This document shows, piece after piece, positions 26,502 through 32,000 of a DNA stretch of 32,000 nt (position 1 is the stretch's first letter; every line of letters begins with the position of its first letter). Source of the DNA: Promethearchaeum syntrophicum (GTDB taxonomy: Archaea > Asgardarchaeota > Lokiarchaeia > Sigyniarchaeales > Promethearchaeaceae). The DNA lies in assembly GCF_008000775.2 (NCBI RefSeq), contig NZ_CP042905.2:3480001-3512000 (forward strand), written 5' to 3'. Made by a program: the position numbers and the translations under genes. The notes beneath the pieces are model-generated. The model ran no database searches and was not told the DNA's origin. It saw only the letters and a list, made by a program, of their open reading frames with translations.

Positions 26502-29246
26502 TTAATTAAATTGTAAATCACTGACTTTATAATCACCGACACCAGTTAATCGATAAGTTATTTCATATTTTTCATTTGCATCAAGTGATTCAATTTTCCA
26601 AACTAATTTATCTTTGCCTTCAAATGAATCTTCTTCATCAGGTTCTAAAGAAAAATCCCCATATTCGAAATTTTCAGGAATAATATCTTGGATTATCACA
26701 TCACTAATTTGATTATTTCCTGTGTTTCTAATAGTCAGAATAATTTCATATTCTCCTTCACTTGCTAATGCAAGGACTTTCTTTCCTTGAATTACTTTTT
26801 TTCTCTGATGTAGAATTGAAATTTCAGGGTTTTCAAAAGATTTTTCGATTGGAGCTCCTGCAGGATAAGTGTTGGCAATAAATTTGATAGTTGAGACAAA
26901 TTCTGTATCTTTTGCTGGTTTGTATGCTTGAATTGGATATTTTACCTTAAAAATCATATCAGAATTGAACATTCCAATTGCATTCTCTTTTAGGTCAGTT
27001 AGTTTTATTCGCACAATATGTTCAATATCAGGTTCCTTATCAAGAGGAATAATTTCTATCATATCTGAATTGATGAAAATTTGTTCACCCAAGTCATCCC
27101 AATCAATATCTGAATCTTCAATATCTGATTCACTATCTCGTTCAACAAAAATTTCAATTTCTCCAGGATTTGGTGGAATAAAACCTGCTTGAATAATTTG
27201 TTCAAATATAATTTCATTTAAATCAGATTTACCAGTATTTTTGGCTTGCAACAAAGCATTAAATGGAGTTATTCGGTACGAAGGTAAATGATCTGCAGAA
27301 TAGATTACATTTGCATTAAACATTGAGACAGCTAACTTCAAATCATCAATTACGATTTTACCAGAACTAGAAACCTTTCGTGAAGATAAAACAAAGAATT
27401 CAACTGTTTTATGGAAATTTGGTCCTAAACCATCTTCGGTTTCAATTTTCCAAGGTATTGATGTCCAAGTTGCACCCGCAGGAATAACTGGAATATCTAA
27501 TGGATCAATATCAATAACCTTTTCTTCAGTTTTCTTATTAATAACATCGAGATTAACTATTTTTACCTGGAACTCACTTTCATTCTCGAACATAACAGAA
27601 CAATCATATAAATCAGGATTATCATCATTTTGATCCATTAAAATCCCTACAAAATTATTTGAATATGCATCAAATTTATCAATTTTAAGACCTGTTAAAG
27701 TATGACCCAAAATTGAGTATTCTACTGTAATCTTCCCTGATCGAATTATAAAGTTCACATCCTCAACCAGAACATTCATATTGAACAATAATTCAGCTTC
27801 TTCATTAGGATTTAGAGATTCTATTTTCCATTCAATATTTTCATAATTTAAATCTACAGATCCTAGAGATACATTAATTAAGTTTATATTGGAAAAACCT
27901 TGACATACTTCTTTATTGATTTTAATATCCTTTAATTGATAATCCATTATATTCTTAATATTCAATTTAAATAATACTCTATTCTCAAAATCAGGAAAAA
28001 GGGAATACGATAAGAGATCTTCATCATTAATCGTGCTTATAAATTCATTGATTTTTATTGCTGGTTCTTCAACATGTTCAATTTTATAATTAGTTTGAAA
28101 TTCTTCTTGAGGACCTAAATTTTTAACATGAATTTCATCATCCAAATTAATTAACTTTTCTTTTATAAAGGAAACTTCAATATCCCAAATTTTATCAGAT
28201 TCTGATGGATTCTTGATACAAAAAAGTCCAGATGAGATTCTATCCTCTTCAATGTCGAATTCTGAATTGTAATCATAGTGATATTCAACATTTTCAATGA
28301 TTTCTAACGGAACAGAAAGACCTGATATATCGTGATCTCGAAGTGCTATCTCCCCTTCTTTTTTTCCTGTCCGACTATCATAGGTCTCAACAGAGGCTTC
28401 ACTTAGATTTTGATTCGAATTATTTGTTGATCTGCTAGAAAGGATGCTCAATTCTTCATCTAATTGAATTTCCTCTGATTTAATCTTGTTTAAGATTTTA
28501 TTTATTCTATCTTTTTCACTTCTTTTTTTTTTCTTTTTGATACGCCCTTTTTTTCCACTATTTAAATGATTATCCAACTTTTTAATCATTTGTCCTTCAA
28601 TATTCTTCTTCTTCTCTTCTTCTAGCTCTTTTCTTTTCTGTTCTTCTAACTCTTTCCTTTTCTGTTCTTCTAGCTTTTTCCTTTTCTGTTCTTCTAGCTC
28701 TTTTCTTTTTTGCACTTCTAAGTCTTTTCTTTTCTGCTCTTCTATTTCTTTTCTTTTCTGCTCTTCTAGTGCCTTTCTTTTTTGTTCTTCTAATTTTTTA
28801 ATTGATTCTTCGTCTAGAATTATTTCTTGCGATTTACCTACAGAACTTGATTCATTTTTGATTATTAATCGGAGAATTTCCTTTGCTACCTTTTCAATAG
28901 ATTTTTTTCTAATATCTACTCCAGTTTGAACTCGAATAATTAACGGAACATCATCTATATCAATAAAAAGAGGGATAATGTGCTTTCCTAAATATACTGC
29001 CATATCCCGTTCCAATTTAACCGCCTGTGATTTAACAGCTGCTTTGGAGTAGCAGAAAATACATGTGTCTGCAGTTTTTACATGTTTCTCCATATATTCA
29101 ATAATTGATCCTGAAGCATCTTGTTGCCAATAAAATACCTTTTCGATTTCAGAATATTTTTCTAAAATTTCGGAAAGGTGAGGAACTTGAAATATTTCTG
29201 CATCTTTTGTAGCATAACTAATGAAAATCTTAATAGGGTTCGAAAT
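26502..29246 (-). CDS. TIR-domain protein: TIR + charged 8-residue repeat + beta-rich DUF11-like region
   Basis: Upstream extension of the listed 863 aa ORF reads (ATT)SNPIKIFISYATKDAEIFQVPHLSEILEKYSEIEKVFYWQQDASGSIIEYMEKHVKTADTCIFCYSKAAVKSQAVKLERDMAVYLGKHIIPLFIDIDDV = TIR. Then (LEEQKRKx)n, then repeated VWKIESLxxNExxEIxYxLTG-like units. Start at ATT 29246-29244 is inferred. Confidence 0.8.
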   Translation of the reverse strand: MSNPIKIFISYATKDAEIFQVPHLSEILEKYSEIEKVFYWQQDASGSIIEYMEKHVKTADTCIFCYSKAAVKSQAVKLERDMAVYLGKHIIPLFIDIDDVPLIIRVQTGVDIRKKSIEKVAKEILRLIIKNESSSVGKSQEIILDEESIKKLEEQKRKALEEQKRKEIEEQKRKDLEVQKRKELEEQKRKKLEEQKRKELEEQKRKELEEEKKKNIEGQMIKKLDNHLNSGKKGRIKKKKKRSEKDRINKILNKIKSEEIQLDEELSILSSRSTNNSNQNLSEASVETYDSRTGKKEGEIALRDHDISGLSVPLEIIENVEYHYDYNSEFDIEEDRISSGLFCIKNPSESDKIWDIEVSFIKEKLINLDDEIHVKNLGPQEEFQTNYKIEHVEEPAIKINEFISTINDEDLLSYSLFPDFENRVLFKLNIKNIMDYQLKDIKINKEVCQGFSNINLINVSLGSVDLNYENIEWKIESLNPNEEAELLFNMNVLVEDVNFIIRSGKITVEYSILGHTLTGLKIDKFDAYSNNFVGILMDQNDDNPDLYDCSVMFENESEFQVKIVNLDVINKKTEEKVIDIDPLDIPVIPAGATWTSIPWKIETEDGLGPNFHKTVEFFVLSSRKVSSSGKIVIDDLKLAVSMFNANVIYSADHLPSYRITPFNALLQAKNTGKSDLNEIIFEQIIQAGFIPPNPGEIEIFVERDSESDIEDSDIDWDDLGEQIFINSDMIEIIPLDKEPDIEHIVRIKLTDLKENAIGMFNSDMIFKVKYPIQAYKPAKDTEFVSTIKFIANTYPAGAPIEKSFENPEISILHQRKKVIQGKKVLALASEGEYEIILTIRNTGNNQISDVIIQDIIPENFEYGDFSLEPDEEDSFEGKDKLVWKIESLDANEKYEITYRLTGVGDYKVSDLQFN
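28602..28793 (-). repeat. 24-bp tandem repeat coding for eight LEEQKRKx units
   Basis: LEEQKRKA LEEQKRKE IEEQKRKD LEVQKRKE LEEQKRKK LEEQKRKE LEEQKRKE LEEEKKKN; DNA repeats as (TTCTTTTCTGTTCTTCTAGCTCTT)-type units on the + strand. Confidence 0.9.
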
Positions 29247-29412
29247 TGGTGATCACTTTGAATTTTTTTAAGGATTGTGTAAATTTGAGTTTGTTGAGTT
29301 TCAATTAATCTTTACTCGAATTTCTCTTAAATCTTTCTAAGATAAATACCAATTTTGCGTTGAAAATCAAAATAAAATATAATTTAATGAATGCTAGATC
29401 CTTGCTAACGTC

Positions 29413-29471
29413 TTAATCCTTGACTAAAATTTTTGCACGGTTTTTAACTATTGCACTTTTTAAAACTTTTT
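29413..29471. repeat. Flanking direct repeat, right copy; decayed copy of the DDAH-like 5' coding end
   Basis: TTAATCCTTGACTAAAATTTTTGCACGGTTTTTAACTATTGCACTTTTTAAAACTTTTT aligns to 26345-26403 with few substitutions and 1-nt indels that break the reading frame. Confidence 0.82.
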
Positions 29472-29566
29472 CATTCTTGAGTGTCATTCTGTATGATACT
29501 TGGGGTAAGCAATTTGTTTCAATTTTCATACTCACATTTATAAATTAGCTATGACTAAATAGAAAT

Positions 29567-30127
29567 ATGGAATTTTTCCCACCATTAGAATTTTCAATAT
29601 TGGGTGGATGGATTTTACTAATCATTGAATGGTCCATTCCAATTCTTACTTTAAGTTTAGCCCCGCACGAAACTCGAAAAAAACTTTTAGACAGAACCCA
29701 TTTTTCAAAAAAACAAAAGCAATTTCTAATATTTTCTAAATTATTTTCCTTAATTTTACTCATTCTGATCTTCTTTACTCCACTTTCACTCAATTCACCG
29801 GAATTCTATATTGGAATAATTATCTTCTTTGTTGGAAGTCTCATCCAAATAATTGCTTTAATAAATTTTATAAAAACTCCAATGGATAAGCCCGTTACTA
29901 CTGGGATGTATAAAATCTCCCGGCACCCTCAAGATACATCGATTTTTATTTCCTATATTGGAATTTGTTTGAGTATAGGGTCTTGGGTTGCACTCATATT
30001 ATTATTTCTTGGCCATATTTTTAAGCATTACAGCGTATTGGCCGAGGAGGAAGCATGTGCTGAACTATATGGGGAGATTTATGAAGAGTATAGGAAGAAA
30101 ATCCCTAGATATTTGCTTTTTTTCTAA
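29567..30127 (+). CDS. Isoprenylcysteine carboxyl methyltransferase-like / PEMT-type membrane methyltransferase
   Basis: Multiple TM segments, TGMYKISRHPQ, and C-terminal EEEACAELYGEIYEEYRKKIPRYL. Confidence 0.75.
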   Translation: MEFFPPLEFSILGGWILLIIEWSIPILTLSLAPHETRKKLLDRTHFSKKQKQFLIFSKLFSLILLILIFFTPLSLNSPEFYIGIIIFFVGSLIQIIALINFIKTPMDKPVTTGMYKISRHPQDTSIFISYIGICLSIGSWVALILLFLGHIFKHYSVLAEEEACAELYGEIYEEYRKKIPRYLLFF

Positions 30128-30457
30128 CATTGATAGGTCAATTTTTACAATTAAAGGAAAATTTTTGACCTTTAATATTAGAGAGTTCAAAAATCAGAAA
30201 TATTACATTAAGAAAAAGTCGCCCCACTCAAAATATAGGCCGCATAACTATATACTTACCGTCGGTACCTTGAAAGAAAACTTCTTCGATGTACCATTGA
30301 TTAAAATTTTAATATTTTTATAAATTTCACAAAAAACTTTAAAGAAATTCAAAATATATTGAATTTCACACTACGTAATGGGAATTACCTTAATGAATTT
30401 AAATTCAAATACAACATATTGCTTGTAAAAACAGTCAGAAAAAAAAATGAGAGAAAT

Positions 30458-30829
30458 TTAATCTTCTAAAATATCCAAAATTCGATTTGTCGTCGAACGC
30501 ATATTTACAAAAGCCAAGTCCATCCGAGCGTCCTCGTCTAAAACACCAACGATAATATAGTCTAAACCCGCCTGCATTACTATAAACTTCCCGTCCGTGC
30601 CCTGTATGATGCATATGTCGAGTTCCCCTTTTTTTAATTCAAGTAAAACTCGTTCACATGTTGATAAGATGATAGCAGACATGGCAGCGATATGCATTTC
30701 TGAAATACCACTCTCGAGTATGGCGGAGACAATGAGTCCTTCACGCGAAACTAGGGCAGCTGATTCAAGGCCTTCTATTTTTTGCATAAGTTCCCGTAAT
30801 ATGAAATTTAACTGTGCTTCTTCTTCCAT
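30458..30829 (-). CDS. Roadblock/LC7 domain protein
   Basis: LRELMQKIEGLESAALVSREGLIVSAIL...AAMSAIILSTCERVLLELKKGELDICIIQGTDGKFIVMQAGLDYIIVGVLDEDARMDLAFVNMRSTTNRI; start may be an upstream Met beyond this ORF. Confidence 0.88.
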   Translation of the reverse strand: MEEEAQLNFILRELMQKIEGLESAALVSREGLIVSAILESGISEMHIAAMSAIILSTCERVLLELKKGELDICIIQGTDGKFIVMQAGLDYIIVGVLDEDARMDLAFVNMRSTTNRILDILED

Positions 30830-31086
30830 TTTGGCACCAACGTGATCAAAGGATTAACAAATTTGTAGATTTTTTTAGATTAACAATTCGATAAATCTTT
30901 TATATCAATTATATTTTATTAAAGACTCTTAAAAAATTTACATAAATTAGTTAACATGGTGTTGGAGAAGGTAAAAATCTATTGTATCTAATTGAGGAAA
31001 AATGAAAAAAGTTAAGAAAAAAAAAGCAGAATTAACAAAAATGAAGAAGTTGAAATGATTTCAAAATCACGTAACCAATCATTAAA

Positions 31087-32000
31087 CTAATCATTGAAGA
31101 AGTTATCAAATTTTTTTATCGCTACTTCTATGCGATTATTGATTCGTTGATTTCTATCAAGTTTACTTTTAATTGCTTCATTACAAATTTTTTTCCCTAC
31201 ATTAACCATTGGGTTTGAGCTCCAATTTACATCGAGAAGCATACATAGATAATAAACAGTTGTTTGAATGAACGCAATACTGAATCCAAAAGAATATGGA
31301 GTTATAGATTTGAATGTCAACTTAGAAGCCGGAACTTTCTGTTCTAAAAGGGCTTGAAATGTAGCATCTAGCTGATAATTTACGACAGAAAGCGCGGTTG
31401 ATCCTTCTTGCATTGGATTTTCACCTTCCTGATGATTAACATCTCCATCGTGTTTCAAAATAACATCGGTGGGTTCTTGTAAGGTAGTCCAAAGAAGTGG
31501 GCTGGTATGTCCCTTACTTCCACCCAGCAATAATTCAAGAACTGAATGTTGACAGAGGGGTGCTGCTTGATATGTACCGAGGATCCCGTTACCTTCTTTT
31601 CCAGTGCTTTCGCTGATTTCTTGCACAAATAAGCCTGTGAGACCTTCTAACCATTGCGAATATGGCATTGAAAATATGTTTCTATACCCTTTTTTGATAA
31701 GGTGGTAAGCATAAACAGCAAATTGCAATGCACTATTCAGATCAATGTTTGATTTGTCCAAATTTTTATAGAGCGCGTATCCATCTTCAAGTCCTTTCTG
31801 AACTTGTTCAACTTTGATACCCGAAATTAAAGCAGGAACAAGCATTACAGAACAAACCGAAGCAGCAAATCTACCCGAAAGGTCGGGAACAGGTAAAATT
31901 GTTGCATTGAATTTTTTAACCATATCATTCATTGGACCTTGGGAGGATAGGGCTAAAATTTTATATTCTTTAAATAGTGGGAGTATCGAATTGACATCTA
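31087..32000 (-). CDS. pgi: Glucose-6-phosphate isomerase, N-terminus cut by window edge
   Basis: Frame stays open upstream of the listed ORF to position 32000 (DVNSILPLFKEYKILALSSQGPMNDM...). SGRFAASVCSVMLVPALISGI, YSQWLEGLTGLFVQEISESTGKEG, QHSVLELLLGG, KLTFKSITPYSFGFSIAFIQTTVYYLCMLLDVN parallel PGI core segments. Confidence 0.8.
   Translation of the reverse strand, partial: DVNSILPLFKEYKILALSSQGPMNDMVKKFNATILPVPDLSGRFAASVCSVMLVPALISGIKVEQVQKGLEDGYALYKNLDKSNIDLNSALQFAVYAYHLIKKGYRNIFSMPYSQWLEGLTGLFVQEISESTGKEGNGILGTYQAAPLCQHSVLELLLGGSKGHTSPLLWTTLQEPTDVILKHDGDVNHQEGENPMQEGSTALSVVNYQLDATFQALLEQKVPASKLTFKSITPYSFGFSIAFIQTTVYYLCMLLDVNWSSNPMVNVGKKICNEAIKSKLDRNQRINNRIEVAIKKFDNFFND

Noticed and set aside
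29988-30323. 111 aa plus-strand ORF overlapping the methyltransferase gene and running into the spacer
   Set aside because: First part is an out-of-frame reading of the ICMT-like gene; the tail (EFKNQKYYIKKKSPHSKYRPHN) has no family motif I can name. The small palindrome TACCGTCGGTA at 30257-30267 is too short to support a mobile element end.
1-32000. CRISPR arrays, tRNA or rRNA genes, transposases
   Set aside because: No regularly spaced identical repeats, no tRNA-like cloverleaf with conserved GGTTCGAATCC-type arm, no rRNA stretch and no transposase motifs were seen by eye. A tRNAscan/Infernal run would be needed to exclude diverged RNAs.

Overview
AT-rich window, densely coded on both strands, most consistent with an Asgard archaeon (Loki-like). 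That lineage call is inference, resting on RadA, ABCE1, a Rag/Arf-like GTPase, a roadblock protein and a eukaryote-like MPN+/JAMM protease. From left to right I can support: partial HdrC-like Fe-S protein; RidA; small Cys-rich protein; 5'-truncated phosphodiester-glycosidase remnant; THUMP/ThiI-like protein with a degenerate PP-loop; PfkB kinase; GNAT; ABCE1; Rag-like GTPase; membrane protein; secreted protein with C-terminal TM anchor; histidine phosphatase; patatin-like phospholipase; winged-helix protein; membrane protein; GlnA; SIS-only GlmS/NagB-II-like enzyme; JAMM protease with an uncharacterised co-directional partner; dihydrouridine synthase; alpha-glucan phosphorylase; FMN reductase; RadA; SDR; DDAH; a large TIR protein; ICMT-like methyltransferase; roadblock protein; partial glucose-6-phosphate isomerase. 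The strongest candidate for something undescribed is the TIR-domain protein at 26502-29246. It combines TIR, an eight-copy 8-residue charged repeat and a long beta-rich (DUF11-like) region. It lacks a canonical start codon, and it lies between the intact dimethylargininase-like gene and a decayed copy of that gene's 5' end, suggesting acquisition or rearrangement. No RNA genes, CRISPR arrays or transposase genes could be supported.
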